Origin: an uncultured Gammaproteobacteria bacterium
GTDB lineage: Bacteria > Pseudomonadota > Gammaproteobacteria > Pseudomonadales > Azotimanducaceae
NCBI GenBank assembly: GCA_913052075.1
Contig: CAJXDD010000001.1
Coordinates: 1-54,555 of the forward strand
DNA: 54,555 nucleotides
Direction: 5' to 3'
Below the pieces are notes generated by a model that was given only the letters and a program-made list of their open reading frames with translations, did no database searches and was not told the origin of the DNA. Position numbers and translations under genes: made by a program. Below, piece after piece: positions 1 through 10,561 of this stretch; position 1 is the stretch's first letter; each line of letters begins with the position of its first letter.

Positions 1-142
1 CTCGTACACTGGCCACTTTATCTTCAAGACTATATTCCGAGTGCCCGTAGTCGGTTCCTTCTTGCAGTACGAATGCCTCGACCAAGCCCGTTAGTGCAGT
101 TGGACTGAGTGCCGTCCATGGAATTTCAATTCCGTCACTCAT
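1..142 (-). CDS. yheU: YheU / UPF0270 family protein (N-terminal part; the gene runs off the left edge)
   Basis: Not in the ORF track because it is under 60 aa. The reverse-strand ATG at 140-142 gives [48 protein letters not shown] recognise this as colinear with E. coli YheU ([40 protein letters not shown]). A purine-rich GGAAGAG lies just upstream of the ATG. Confidence 0.8.
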   Translation of the reverse strand, partial: MSDGIEIPWTALSPTALTGLVEAFVLQEGTDYGHSEYSLEDKVASVR

Positions 143-202
143 CTCTTCCACCCAGCAGGACACCGAAACACCGTTCCTGATTTCGCGCCGATCCAGCCCA
201 AA

Positions 203-1045
203 TTATTCATTGACCTGAACAACTGACAACCGCTCCAAAGCCTTATCGGGATAGAGACCCGCAAAATCATGCAAGCTGGTATCGAGCAGTTGCGATGGGG
301 ATACATCGCTCAAGGCTCGAAACATAATTTCGGAACGACCAGGATGTGCCCGATCCCATTCCTGCAGCATCTCTTTGACCACCTGCCTTTGCAGATTGTC
401 TTGGGACCCACACAGGTTGCAGGGGATGATGGGGAAATCTTCCACCTCGGCATAAGCGGCAATGTCTTTCTCTTTACAGTAAGCAAGCGGTCTAATGAGA
501 ATATTCTCGCCGTCATCAGATTTGAGCTTCGGCGGCATCGCCTTCAGCTTGCCTCCAAAAAACAAATTCAGGAAAAATGTCTCGAGAATGTCGTCGCGGT
601 GATGACCCAACGCCACTTTGGTAAATCCTGCTTCTCTCGCATGCCGATACAAAATGCCTCGCCGAAACCGGGAGCACCACCCGCAGTAGGTTTTTCCATC
701 GGGCACCATCTCCTTGACGAGCGAGTAAGTGTCCTCTTCCAAAATCTCAAACGGCACGCCGATCGACTGCAAGTAGTCGGGTAATACATGTTCTGGGAAG
801 CCGGGTTGCTTCTGATCCAAATTCACGGCAACCAATTCGAAGTCAATAGGTGCTCGTGCCTGCAGATGTCGCAATAAAGCCAACATCGCATAGGAGTCTT
901 TCCCGCCAGAGAGACACACCATGATCCGATCGCCAGATTCGATCATATTGAAATCAGCAATCGCTTTGCCAACCTCACGACGCAATCGTTTCTCGAGCTT
1001 CAGCTGCTCGCGCTTTTCCTTTGCTGCCTTTGAAGAATCTGGCAT
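203..1045 (-). CDS. ttcA: tRNA 2-thiocytidine(32) synthetase TtcA (PP-loop ATPase)
   Basis: PP-loop motif [39 protein letters not shown], and the conserved CNLCGSQ cysteine motif. The ORF track extends to 1123. The ATG at 1043-1045 is preceded by AAGGAG (rc of 1053-1058) and gives a typical 280-aa TtcA, so I prefer it. Confidence 0.9.
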   Translation of the reverse strand: MPDSSKAAKEKREQLKLEKRLRREVGKAIADFNMIESGDRIMVCLSGGKDSYAMLALLRHLQARAPIDFELVAVNLDQKQPGFPEHVLPDYLQSIGVPFEILEEDTYSLVKEMVPDGKTYCGWCSRFRRGILYRHAREAGFTKVALGHHRDDILETFFLNLFFGGKLKAMPPKLKSDDGENILIRPLAYCKEKDIAAYAEVEDFPIIPCNLCGSQDNLQRQVVKEMLQEWDRAHPGRSEIMFRALSDVSPSQLLDTSLHDFAGLYPDKALERLSVVQVNE

Positions 1046-1100
1046 CAGGCTATACTCCTTCGGTGCGCGCAATCTTAACATTCGACGAGAAGGGATCTCC

Positions 1101-2162
1101 ATGAATCGAACGTGGCTAACCATAATATTGCTGTGCTTTGTTCTTCCAAACGCTAATGCCCTGGTGATTCTGCAGTATCACCATATCGATGATTCGACGC
1201 CGTTTTCGACCAGCACCGCCCCAGAGCGATTTGAGGCGCATCTGAACTTGCTAGATGAATTAGGGGCAACCATCGTTAGGCTGGAGGATGCGATTATCCG
1301 TGATCCGAGCCGACTGCCCGACGCCGCGAGAGGAACCGATACCGAGCTGAGAATAGCGATTACCTTCGACGATGCCTTTTCGAGCATCTACGAGGAGGCG
1401 TTCCCCATGCTTTCCGAAAGACAATGGCCGTTCACCATATTTGTAGCACCAAACCTGGTTGGTTTGAATCGTCAGTATTTATCCTGGGATCAACTCAGGG
1501 AGATGCAGGCTGATGGTGCCACCATCGCCAATCACAGCCTTGGACATGAGCACCTGATTAGACTCGAACCAGATGAGAGCGAAACGGACTGGCTAGCTAG
1601 GATTAAAGCAAATACGCTCGCAGCAGAGCGCGCACTAACCGAACAGTTAGGCGCCAGGCCCAAACTCTATGCCTTGCCCTACGGAGAGTACCGGCCAACC
1701 CTCGTTAAGCAGTTTCACGAAATGGGCTATACAGTGTTTGGTCAACAAAGCGGCGCGACCGCAGGGATTGATATTGCGCCCACCATTCACCCGCGTTTTC
1801 CCATGGGTGGGCCTTACAGCGGCCTAGGGCCAATGCGGGACAAATTACGCGCGCTTCCTTTCCCCAGTAATCAGGCGCTCATCGAACCCCTCCTTGCTCA
1901 TGCAGAGACTAGGCCCTCGATGCTTCTGACTGTTCCTGCCGCCTTAACAAAGACACATCTGCCCAACTGCTTCGGACCAAGTGGCCCGCTTTCTCTTGAA
2001 CGGTTAGGTCAAGATCAGTTCCGAGTAACGACGAATGAGCCCGTGCCAGTGGGCCGCTCTCGATTCAACTGCACACTGAGAGCAACTGACGGTCGGTACT
2101 ATTGGTTCTCACAGTTGTGGATGCGCCTCGCACCGTTCGAGGCATGGTGGGAAGAGTCGTAA
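1101..2162 (+). CDS. Secreted polysaccharide deacetylase family protein (NodB homology domain)
   Basis: The internal ATG at 1101 gives a signal peptide [20 protein letters not shown], followed by LQYHHI and ITFDDAF motifs typical of NodB/PgaB-type deacetylases. The ORF-track start at 921 would overlap ttcA and lacks a signal peptide. Confidence 0.75.
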   Translation: MNRTWLTIILLCFVLPNANALVILQYHHIDDSTPFSTSTAPERFEAHLNLLDELGATIVRLEDAIIRDPSRLPDAARGTDTELRIAITFDDAFSSIYEEAFPMLSERQWPFTIFVAPNLVGLNRQYLSWDQLREMQADGATIANHSLGHEHLIRLEPDESETDWLARIKANTLAAERALTEQLGARPKLYALPYGEYRPTLVKQFHEMGYTVFGQQSGATAGIDIAPTIHPRFPMGGPYSGLGPMRDKLRALPFPSNQALIEPLLAHAETRPSMLLTVPAALTKTHLPNCFGPSGPLSLERLGQDQFRVTTNEPVPVGRSRFNCTLRATDGRYYWFSQLWMRLAPFEAWWEES

Positions 2163-2173
2163 ACAATCTAACG

Positions 2174-4666
2174 CTACGCCAGCTGACGCAAAATGAGCGC
2201 TGGAGAAACCCGCACGAGCCCACGGGTAAACCAGAGGCCAATGGCCGCAATTAAAGCAGCACCCATGAGAGGACCCAATACCCAAAGCTGTGGCGACATG
2301 GCGTACTGTAACTCGAACACCTCGGTCTCCAGGTAAAAAACACTCACCTCGGCACCCAACGCCGCAACCAAGCCAGCCATGGCGCCCAGCGCCAGGAATT
2401 CGAAGGCCAAGCTTTTAATAATCAAGCCGTTAGCCGCACCGAGTGTTCTTAAAATAACGAATTGCCGCATGCGCTCGTCCATCGAAGCCTGAAGACTGGC
2501 AATCAAAACCGTAGCCCCAGCGAGCAATATCAACCCCAGTACAAACTCAATGGCCAGTGTGACTTGAGCAATGATTAACTGTACCTGCTCGATGATGGCA
2601 TCGACCTCAATGATGGTCACAGTGGGGTATTCCCGAAGCAAATCGCTCAAGACCCCTTTTTTACTTCGGTCCAGGTAAAAGCTCGTCAGCACCGTTGATG
2701 GAAAGTCATCCAGGCTTCCCGGAGACAAAATGATATAAAAATTGGGCTGCAGGTTATCCCAGGCAACTTCTCGAATACTGGTCACGACGACCTCAAGCGG
2801 CCTGCCCTCAATGTCAAACTGGAGTTTATCGCCGACCACGAGGCCGTTGCGCTCTGCGTACTCACGCTCGAGCGACACCTCAGGGCGGTTGGCATCGCCT
2901 ACCTCCCACCATTGTCCAGACACTACCTCGTTGTCATCCGGCAGGAGCGATGCCTCTGTTAGATTTCGAGTCGATCTCGCAGTGGGCGCTCGATCTTCCC
3001 CTGGCTGCTCGCTTCGCCGCGGTGGAGGCTCCGCACCATTGACCGCCGTGATTCTCCCGCGAATCATTGGGTAAGCCGGTGACAGCGTGATCCCTGATTC
3101 ATTGAGCTGGCCCTCAAGCCCTGGCAACTCGTCAGGCGCAATGTTCAACGCATAGTGGTTGGGCGCATCTTCGGGGATCTGCTGCTGCCACTCTGATAGC
3201 AGCGAAGTGCGTACTAGGAAAATCAGCAACAGCAACATAATGGCAAGGCCAAACGTCATCACCTGAACCAAATTTTCCCGCTGACGTCTACGAATACCCG
3301 CCATCGCAAGCCGCAAAGAACTTCCAGCCAGCATCCCAATCGGTTGCCCTGACCTTAAGAGCAGTATCCCCACCACCGCCAGGACGCCCCCTATGGCGAC
3401 CACTCCCGAGAGAATGAGCAGCGTAAGAGTCACATCTCCGCTGTACCACATCATGAGACAAAGCGTTCCTACAACCCCACTTGCATACGACCAGCGCCGC
3501 AGCGGTGCAGCATCAGCCATCTCTCGTCTTATCACCCGACTGGGCGACACATCCCGGAGCGACAAAATGGGAGGCAGAGCAAACGCGAGTAGGCAGGTGG
3601 CTCCAGTCGCACCACCCAATATCAGCGGTGAAAAGCCCGGCGCCGGCAAGGTCACTGGAATAAAGGGCGCCAGTACTGCCGAGACTCCCCACTGAACACT
3701 GACTCCCAAGAGGGACCCTGCAAAGGTTGTGGTCAACCCGAGCAAAACGAACATGCCTATAAATAGCCGATTAATCGTCTGTGGAGTCGCGCCTACTGTC
3801 TTCAGCAACGCAATATGATCTAAGTGCCGATCAGCAAAGCGATGTGCTGAAAGCGCGATAGCAATCCCCGCTAACACCACAGCGAGCAGGCTCCCCAGCA
3901 ACAAGAAGCGCTCAGCTCGCTCAAGCGCTCGACCAATTTGCTCAGCACCGCCCCTGACACCAAAAAGACGTATACCATCGGGTAGGTTCTCCGCTGTCTC
4001 AGCGCTCCACTCGGCCAGCGCGTCTGAGTCGCCCGCCACCAGCAGCTTGTAAGTCACCCGGCTACCAGGCTGAATCACTCCGGTCTGTTCGACATCGTCC
4101 CAATGCATCAAAATACGCGGGCCCACTGCGTTAAACCCGCCGCCACGATCTGGCTCTTTTAGTAGTACTTTTTTGGCGGGCAGGAGCGCTCGGCCGATTT
4201 CCAACTCCTCGCCCATTTCAATATCAGTGGAAGCAAAGAGTCGACTCTCAAGCCATAATTCTCCGGGTATCGGTCCACGCTCAACGGACTGCCCGCGGGC
4301 AAAAGGCGTATCGCCAGCAATCAGCGTTCCCCTGAGTGGGTATCCTTCGTCCACCGCCTTGACGGATCCTAGCTGCGCGCGATCCTCTGAAAACGCCATG
4401 GACAAAAATTCAACCGTCCGGGTCGTCTCAAGACCTAATGCGCTAGCGCTCGCTGCGTACTGGGCGGGAATTGGATTGCTTGAAGACAGTACTCGGTCTG
4501 CTGCGATAAAGGATGCTGACTCGAGGGCCAGCGCGCGCTGCAAACGATCAACGAAAAATCCTATGGTTGTGACCGTACCCACGGCGATAATCATCGCTGA
4601 GATCAATAAACCCAGCTCGCCTCCGCGTAGCTCGCGACGAAGCATGGTTACCGCGAGCCGCATCAA
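2174..4666 (-). CDS. ybbP: FtsX-family ABC transporter permease, YbbP-like (two FtsX domains, about 10 TM)
   Basis: The 830-aa protein has two blocks of hydrophobic helices. GVIQPGSRVTYKLLV matches E. coli YbbP GAVQPGSRVTWRYKF. Its start overlaps the upstream ATPase gene by 4 nt, and the tesA<>ybbA-ybbP synteny is the same as in E. coli. Confidence 0.85.
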   Translation of the reverse strand: MMRLAVTMLRRELRGGELGLLISAMIIAVGTVTTIGFFVDRLQRALALESASFIAADRVLSSSNPIPAQYAASASALGLETTRTVEFLSMAFSEDRAQLGSVKAVDEGYPLRGTLIAGDTPFARGQSVERGPIPGELWLESRLFASTDIEMGEELEIGRALLPAKKVLLKEPDRGGGFNAVGPRILMHWDDVEQTGVIQPGSRVTYKLLVAGDSDALAEWSAETAENLPDGIRLFGVRGGAEQIGRALERAERFLLLGSLLAVVLAGIAIALSAHRFADRHLDHIALLKTVGATPQTINRLFIGMFVLLGLTTTFAGSLLGVSVQWGVSAVLAPFIPVTLPAPGFSPLILGGATGATCLLAFALPPILSLRDVSPSRVIRREMADAAPLRRWSYASGVVGTLCLMMWYSGDVTLTLLILSGVVAIGGVLAVVGILLLRSGQPIGMLAGSSLRLAMAGIRRRQRENLVQVMTFGLAIMLLLLIFLVRTSLLSEWQQQIPEDAPNHYALNIAPDELPGLEGQLNESGITLSPAYPMIRGRITAVNGAEPPPRRSEQPGEDRAPTARSTRNLTEASLLPDDNEVVSGQWWEVGDANRPEVSLEREYAERNGLVVGDKLQFDIEGRPLEVVVTSIREVAWDNLQPNFYIILSPGSLDDFPSTVLTSFYLDRSKKGVLSDLLREYPTVTIIEVDAIIEQVQLIIAQVTLAIEFVLGLILLAGATVLIASLQASMDERMRQFVILRTLGAANGLIIKSLAFEFLALGAMAGLVAALGAEVSVFYLETEVFELQYAMSPQLWVLGPLMGAALIAAIGLWFTRGLVRVSPALILRQLA

Positions 4667-5355
4667 CGCGGTTGCCTCTCTGCCGCACTACTGTCGACCA
4701 CTTTTCCTGCCTCTAAGCGAATGGATCGGTCACATTGCTTTGCAAGATTGGCGTCGTGGGTCACAAGAATAAGTGTTGTCCCAGCATCACGGTTGATCTC
4801 AAACAGGAGTTCCACGACTTTTTGTCCAGTCGCTGTATCTAAGTTGCCCGTCGGCTCGTCAGCGAATAGAACTCGAGGCTCCATTGCAAACGCTCGCGCA
4901 ATGGCCACCCTCTGCTGCTCACCACCTGAAAGTTGTCTTGGGTAATGGGTCAGCCGGTGGGATAGGCCCACTCTATCAAGCCACTCCCTCGCCCTTGCGG
5001 AGGCGTGTGCCTCCCCATTCAACTCAAGGGGAAGCATGACATTTTCAATTGCCGTTAAACTCGATAGAAGCTGAAACGACTGGAAGACGAAGCCGATCCA
5101 CTCGGCGCGAAATGCTGCGCGCTCGGCTTCAGACATGCTCGAAAGATCATCTCGATCATGATAAATAACGCAGCCACCAGATGGTTCATCGAGCCCTGCG
5201 AGTAAACTGAGCAGTGTCGATTTACCGGAACCTGACGCGCCAACGATTGCCACACGCTCCTTGGCAGAGATCTCAATTGACACTTCATCAAGGATCGTGA
5301 GTTCTCCTTCGGAGATCTGCACTCGCTTGCTCAACGCTCGCGTCACTAACAACAT
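4663..5355 (-). CDS. ybbA: ABC transporter ATP-binding protein, YbbA/LolD-like
   Basis: Walker A GASGSGKST, ABC signature LSGGEQQRVAIARA, and Walker B LFADEPTGNLD. It is divergent from tesA and overlaps ybbP by 4 nt. Confidence 0.9.
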   Translation of the reverse strand: MLLVTRALSKRVQISEGELTILDEVSIEISAKERVAIVGASGSGKSTLLSLLAGLDEPSGGCVIYHDRDDLSSMSEAERAAFRAEWIGFVFQSFQLLSSLTAIENVMLPLELNGEAHASARAREWLDRVGLSHRLTHYPRQLSGGEQQRVAIARAFAMEPRVLFADEPTGNLDTATGQKVVELLFEINRDAGTTLILVTHDANLAKQCDRSIRLEAGKVVDSSAAERQPR

Positions 5356-5426
5356 GGCCTACTCTCAACTGGCGGGTGTAAAGTGCTGCAGTCCCTTGCG
5401 GCGTCTTCTTCGATTACAATATCGAC

Positions 5427-6074
5427 ATGTTGTCCAAGATTGTAATTTTCAAGTTACCCCAGGCGCTGACTGTCCTAGCGGTTGCCCTGCTGACGGTCAG
5501 TACTTGCATTTCTACGCAAGCTCAATCAAAGCGGTCCATCCTGGTTTACGGAGACAGCATTAGCGCCGCCTATGGCATGGACTTCAGCGAGGGCTGGGCT
5601 CAGCAGCTTGGGGCAGAATTAGACGCGATCACGCTGGTAAATGCCAGTGTTAGTGGAGAAACAACGGGCGGCGGGCTTACACGCCTGCCAAAAGCACTTG
5701 AGGTACACAACCCTGACCTAGTGATTCTAGAGCTCGGTGGTAACGATGGTTTACGTGGCTATCCTATTGGTCGAATTCGAAAAAATCTCACCGCGATGAT
5801 TCAAGCCATCAGAGAGAGCGGATCAGAGGTTGCATTGATTGGTATGGTCCTACCGCCAAACTATGGTCAGCGATACCTCCAGAGTTTTATCGATATGTAT
5901 GCTTCCATTGCCAGGAGTGAGGAGATCCCATACTTCCTCCCAGCATTACTTGAAGGACTCGATACACCAGGAAATCTTTTGCAGAGAGACGGTATTCACC
6001 CTACCGAGCTCGCGCAGCCATTAATTAAATCGCAGATCCAAGACCTCATTGATCCATGGATTAACGCCGAGTAG
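5427..6074 (+). CDS. tesA: SGNH/GDSL arylesterase / acyl-CoA thioesterase I (TesA-like), secreted
   Basis: N-terminal signal peptide, GDSIS nucleophile block, GGNDG block and a C-terminal DGIHP block. It is divergent from ybbA as in E. coli. Confidence 0.9.
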   Translation: MLSKIVIFKLPQALTVLAVALLTVSTCISTQAQSKRSILVYGDSISAAYGMDFSEGWAQQLGAELDAITLVNASVSGETTGGGLTRLPKALEVHNPDLVILELGGNDGLRGYPIGRIRKNLTAMIQAIRESGSEVALIGMVLPPNYGQRYLQSFIDMYASIARSEEIPYFLPALLEGLDTPGNLLQRDGIHPTELAQPLIKSQIQDLIDPWINAE

Positions 6075-6136
6075 ATTTGCCTCTCATCTTGGCAAAGCCT
6101 CGAATCTATAAAACTTATACTGCCAACCCTTGGGAT

Positions 6137-6838
6137 CTATTGAAGTAGTGCTTTCCGCTCGCGCCAATCCGGCATCTCCTTTGCCAGATGCTTCCAGAAA
6201 GCGTTGGAATGATTCCAATGAGTTAAGTGACACAGTTCATGCCAAATGACGTACTCGATTGCCTTAATGGGTTGTTCAATCAATGCTGTGCTGATCAAAA
6301 TGTCGCCCTTACTGGAACAACTACCCCACCTTCTGCTCATTTTTCTCACGCCAATACTGCGTGGGCTAGGCGCCTGGAACCTCTGACATAAGCTCCTGGC
6401 CATGAATTTAAAGAATCGCTCAGCCTGCCCTCTAGCCCAATGATCAAAGAGCTTTGCAATTTTCGGCAAGTCGTCTGTATCCTTAACTGTGAGAAAAAAC
6501 CCATCACTCTCGTCAAAGACGACGGCCTGCGAGCGTCCGGAATGCACATGGACGACCCTCCATTCGCCAAGCCATCGCGCAGCACCACCGTCCACCAGCT
6601 CCCGTTCCTTTGGTTTTGGTACAAAGACCATTTCAGCGACAGCCTCTTTAAGCCAAACCTGTTTTTCATTGAGGTACGCCTCAAGTGCTCGCAGCGAGCA
6701 GGAATGCGGAACTCGGCACTCCACAATAGCGCCGGGGTGCACAGACAAAGAGAGAGTTTTTCGCTTACTGCGATGAATCTGGATGGATAGCGGTTTCCCA
6801 TCGATTTCAAACAGAGTGTAAGGTGGGTATTCAGCCAA
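6137..6838 (-). CDS. M48-family metallopeptidase / DUF45 (YgjP-like) protein
   Basis: C-terminal WGSCSSKGDILIS...YVIWHELCHLTHWNHSNAFW, containing an HExxH zinc motif characteristic of the DUF45/YgjP family. Confidence 0.8.
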   Translation of the reverse strand: MAEYPPYTLFEIDGKPLSIQIHRSKRKTLSLSVHPGAIVECRVPHSCSLRALEAYLNEKQVWLKEAVAEMVFVPKPKERELVDGGAARWLGEWRVVHVHSGRSQAVVFDESDGFFLTVKDTDDLPKIAKLFDHWARGQAERFFKFMARSLCQRFQAPSPRSIGVRKMSRRWGSCSSKGDILISTALIEQPIKAIEYVIWHELCHLTHWNHSNAFWKHLAKEMPDWRERKALLQ

Positions 6839-6843
6839 GTAGT

Positions 6844-7179
6844 TTACTTCGATACCTTTAATTCACCGCCGAGGCAGTGGGGAGACGACGGTGCACCCTC
6901 CTTTCGAGCTCGCCACTCTTCTGGCGTATAGGTGTGAAGGGCTAATGCGTGAATTACCTCTAACTCACCGGCTAGGAACTCGTTGACGGCTCTGTGCCTC
7001 TTGATTAATCGCTGAGATACAAATGCCTCCGTGACGATCACTACTCGAAAGTGACTCTCCGAACCTGGTGGGACATTGTGCGTGTGGCTTTCGTTTTCCA
7101 CTGTCAAAAAAACTGGGTCAAATGAGGACTTTAGCCGCTCATATATGTTCTGTTGCACTGGACCAAATTGCTGACCCAT
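6844..7179 (-). CDS. bolA: BolA family transcriptional regulator / morphoprotein
   Basis: FLTVENESHTHNVPPGSESHFRVVIVTEAF...RHRAVNEFL...IHALALHTYTPEEW is colinear with E. coli BolA. The ORF-track start at 7200 is a TTG. I prefer the ATG at 7177-7179 (MGQQ...). Confidence 0.85.
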   Translation of the reverse strand: MGQQFGPVQQNIYERLKSSFDPVFLTVENESHTHNVPPGSESHFRVVIVTEAFVSQRLIKRHRAVNEFLAGELEVIHALALHTYTPEEWRARKEGAPSSPHCLGGELKVSK

Positions 7180-7584
7180 CGATTTCCCTATGATTCTCAA
7201 ATGGATCCAACCATGTTTGGCCTGGGCCTACCCGTAGCTATCTAGTTCTGGGCTTTTCGGGTGGATTCTTGATTCCTGGCAAGGATTTATAGCTGATATC
7301 CACTGGGTGTTCCAGAACTCGCAAACCTCGATACTGAGTCGCTAAATCCATGTCCGCAATAAAAATGTTCACAAAAGTCATTGGATTCGACGGAAAAGAG
7401 CTGCAACCAATCGTAGACTAAAACGAACAATCGCTTTCAACAAGCAACTGTCGTTTCGCTTGAAAACACTTTGTTTAATTGAGTTTACTCTCCTGAGCTC
7501 TCTATCAACGCACGAAAATGGCTGCTCTACTTCTCCACTTTCGCTATGATACGGTAACAAGGTTCCTCATTCGACAAGACGATT

Positions 7585-8355
7585 ATGCTCACGCTTTTAT
7601 CTCCCGCAAAGACTCTCGATTACAGCTCGCCCGTTCCGAAAACCGATCTAACAAAACCAATGCTACTTAAGGATTCAGCAGCATTGGCTGACATCATGAA
7701 AACTAAGTCAGCGTCAGAGTTGCAATCAATGATGAAGATCAGCAGCACACTTGCTGAACTCAATGTAGAGCGCTTCCAATCCTGGAAGAAAAGCCACACG
7801 CCAAACGCATCCCGTCAAGCCATTTTTGCTTTTAAGGGAGATGTTTACCTTGGCCTCGACGCACACGCTCTGACCAAGAGAGATCTGCAGTACGCTCAAA
7901 AGTCACTTCGAATTCTATCGGGTCTATATGGTTTGCTCCGCCCGCTCGACTTGATTCGTCCCTACAGATTAGAAATGGGGCGCTCGGTGAAGAGTGATCG
8001 CGGTCAGTCGCTATATGATTATTGGCGCAGAGCCATTACTGTTTCTCTAAAAGATGAATTGTCGACGCACAAACAACCAACCATCATAAACCTGGCATCT
8101 AACGAATACTTCAAAGCAGTCGACACGCGAGTACTCGATACGCCCATCATCCAAGCCATATTCAAAGAGAAGACACCGAGCGGGTACAAGCTCATCAGCT
8201 TCTACGCAAAAAAAGCTCGCGGCCTCATGGCACAATATATGATCAAGAACAGGATCGATCAGCCCGAAGATCTCAAGACTTTCGATCTTGAGGGTTACAA
8301 ATTCAACAAGCAACTTAGCACTGCCTCTACCTGGACCTTCATCAGGAGCTCATGA
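7585..8355 (+). CDS. yaaA: Peroxide stress protein YaaA (DUF328/UPF0246)
   Basis: MLTLLSPAKTLDY N-terminus, FKGDVYLGLDA and LRILSGLYGLLRPLDLIRPYRLEM are hallmark YaaA blocks. Confidence 0.9.
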   Translation: MLTLLSPAKTLDYSSPVPKTDLTKPMLLKDSAALADIMKTKSASELQSMMKISSTLAELNVERFQSWKKSHTPNASRQAIFAFKGDVYLGLDAHALTKRDLQYAQKSLRILSGLYGLLRPLDLIRPYRLEMGRSVKSDRGQSLYDYWRRAITVSLKDELSTHKQPTIINLASNEYFKAVDTRVLDTPIIQAIFKEKTPSGYKLISFYAKKARGLMAQYMIKNRIDQPEDLKTFDLEGYKFNKQLSTASTWTFIRSS

Positions 8356-9374
8356 GCGACGCCCCTTCCTTTCTGGGAATAATTGTCAATCCAATGTCTG
8401 GGCGCGATGTCAGACGCGTCATCGCAAGGGCGAGTACCAGCGCTCATCTTGAGAAGCAGCAGCAGGTCGCACGACTGATTGTATCCGCGATCGCTCACGG
8501 AGTAGAGCGGATCTATCTGGGCAACGAGCCGTTTCGCATCGGGGCTAGAGCAAGCGAGAACCTGAGAGAGCGGGATCAAGTAACGCTTCTTGACTACCCC
8601 CTGACGCACACTGCCAAAGATACAGAATCAATGGCGGAGAGGATGTGGGAGGCGGGATGTAGAACCTTTATTGTACTTGGAGGCGATGGCACAAGCAGGA
8701 TCGTAGCGCGTCAATATCCTGATGCTGTGCTGCTCCCACTGTCTACAGGCACTAACAACGTCTTCCCTTTTCGAGAGGAAGCAACCGTGGCAGGAGCTGC
8801 AGCCGGCCTGATAGCTTCAGGTCGCTTAGCGATGGAGGAGGCTTGCTCACGCTGCAAACGTATTGTAGTTGACCAGGTCGAGCCTGGTTCATTCAAAGAT
8901 ATCGCGCTCATTGATGCGGTCGTCCTGCACAACGACGTTGTGGGCTCTTTCATGCCTTTTGAAGGAAACCAGCTCAGGACTCTAATTCTCGCCAGAGCCG
9001 AGGCCGGGGCTGTAGGCATGTCTCCCATCGGTGGCTATCTCGACCCTTGCAGCCATGAAGATGATTGGGGGATAGTCGTCTCCTGCGATCCATCAGCTAA
9101 GAATCACCTTAAGATTCCGATTTCTCCAGGTCTATGGCAGTCGGTTGGCATTTCAGACCACAGGCGCCTTCCGCTTGGAGAACGAGTTCCATTGGGAGCT
9201 CAGGGGATAATTGCTTTCGATGGTGACCGCACTCTCGACTTAGCCAACCACCCCTCCACTAGTGGGCGCATTGAGCGGGACGGTCCATGGATTATAAATC
9301 CTCAGCAAGTAATGAATTTAGCAGCTAAAAGGTCTTTGTTCTTGAACAGCTGGAGTCGCTTACCTTTTCAATAA
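8352..9374 (+). CDS. ATP-NAD kinase family protein (AcoX-like, diacylglycerol/NAD kinase fold)
   Basis: GIIVNPMSGRD near the N-terminus and the GGDGTSR motif of the NAD-kinase/DAGK superfamily. Its ATG overlaps the yaaA stop (ATGA at 8352-8355). Confidence 0.65.
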   Translation: MSDAPSFLGIIVNPMSGRDVRRVIARASTSAHLEKQQQVARLIVSAIAHGVERIYLGNEPFRIGARASENLRERDQVTLLDYPLTHTAKDTESMAERMWEAGCRTFIVLGGDGTSRIVARQYPDAVLLPLSTGTNNVFPFREEATVAGAAAGLIASGRLAMEEACSRCKRIVVDQVEPGSFKDIALIDAVVLHNDVVGSFMPFEGNQLRTLILARAEAGAVGMSPIGGYLDPCSHEDDWGIVVSCDPSAKNHLKIPISPGLWQSVGISDHRRLPLGERVPLGAQGIIAFDGDRTLDLANHPSTSGRIERDGPWIINPQQVMNLAAKRSLFLNSWSRLPFQ

Positions 9375-9404
9375 CGATTCTATACATTGAGGAGGGCCAA
9401 TCCT

Positions 9405-9446
9405 GGAGAGAGTTCATTTTTCAAAATGGCTCATGAACAACTCTCC
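9405..9446 (+). terminator. Candidate intrinsic terminator after the NAD-kinase-like gene
   Basis: Imperfect inverted repeat GGAGAG-A-GTTCAT ... ATGAAC-AA-CTCTCC (6+6 bp, 15-nt loop) followed by TTTG, 31 nt after the stop codon. The U-tract is short, so support is weak. Confidence 0.3.
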
Positions 9447-9613
9447 TTTGCGAAAAACTTCGCTGACTTAAAGCGTCGCTGATTCTAATTTTAGCGAAAT
9501 GGAAGTTCGAATCTGGCAGCCTGCGGGAGCGATAGCTATCGAGAAACTCGCAACAAAATAATGGCGATCAAGGCGAGAAACGACACCTGAAAAATTATTG
9601 AGGAACGAGAACC

Positions 9614-10390
9614 ATGAACAAGCAATCGATAATTCCCGCAGCAACCATTTTATTGGTTAGAGATGGGCCAACAGGCCTTGAGGTCTTCATGGTCGTCCGT
9701 CACCATCAGATCGACTTCGCTTCGGGTGCCCTTGTGTTTCCCGGTGGAAAGGTGGACGCCGATGATGCTTCAGTGACTGACTTGTGCGATGGCGTGGACG
9801 GATTAGAGGAATCTGAAATCGCAATGCAAGTCGGAGCGGTTAGGGAGGCATTCGAGGAATGCGGAGTACTACTTGCCCGGGATACGATAGGAGCAGTGAT
9901 TAGTGGTGATCGACTTGCCTCGCTTCAGGAGGACAGAGCCAAGCTTAATTCTGGCCAATTAGACCTTAGAGCTTTCCTCAAACGAGAATCGCTAAGGCTT
10001 GCCTGTGACTTGCTGGTTCCTTTTGCTCACTGGATCACCCCAGAGATGATGCCCAAGCGATTCGACACGAAGTTTTACCTAGTAGATGCACCGAGCGACC
10101 AACTCCTAGATCACGACGGTTACGAGTCGATTGATTCTATTTGGATTAACCCAATGAAAGCCCTAGAGGGGAGTCGTGATGGAACCTACACCATTATTTT
10201 TCCTACCAGACTCAACGTGGAGATGTTGGCCGAATCATCCTCAGTTGCAGAAGCTGTTCAGAACAGCCGCCAGCGCAACATCAAGACCGTACTGCCATGG
10301 ACAGAGCAGCGAGATGATGGCAACTATTTGTGCATTCCTGCCGATGCAGGTTACGGGATTTCAGAGGAGCGCATGCCCTCTCGAGCTTGA
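9614..10390 (+). CDS. NUDIX hydrolase
   Basis: Nudix box GGKVDADD...x...AVREAFEECGVLLA (GX5EX7REUXEEXGU pattern). Confidence 0.8.
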   Translation: MNKQSIIPAATILLVRDGPTGLEVFMVVRHHQIDFASGALVFPGGKVDADDASVTDLCDGVDGLEESEIAMQVGAVREAFEECGVLLARDTIGAVISGDRLASLQEDRAKLNSGQLDLRAFLKRESLRLACDLLVPFAHWITPEMMPKRFDTKFYLVDAPSDQLLDHDGYESIDSIWINPMKALEGSRDGTYTIIFPTRLNVEMLAESSSVAEAVQNSRQRNIKTVLPWTEQRDDGNYLCIPADAGYGISEERMPSRA

Positions 10391-10561
10391 CACACTATCG
10401 GCGAAACTTTCTGGATGGCTATTCCTGCGGACCGAGGGAGTTGTCTAACTATGAGGCCCTCTGTAAAAGTCCTTGCTTGACGAGACTTACAAACTCTCCC
10501 CCTGAAGCTTTCATGCGCCGTGAATAGCAGTCACCTCCGCACTGATCGGTTTCACCTTCCC

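Noticed and set aside
7378-7560. 60-aa ORF in the bolA<>yaaA divergent intergenic region.
   Set aside because: It has a TTG start without an RBS, is exactly at the length threshold, and has an unremarkable composition. The interval is more simply a divergent promoter region.
9505-9513. GTTCGAATC, a tRNA T-loop-like motif in the intergenic region before the NUDIX gene.
   Set aside because: The flanking bases (GGAAG ... CTGGC) cannot form a T-stem, and no acceptor or anticodon arms can be drawn. It is not a tRNA.
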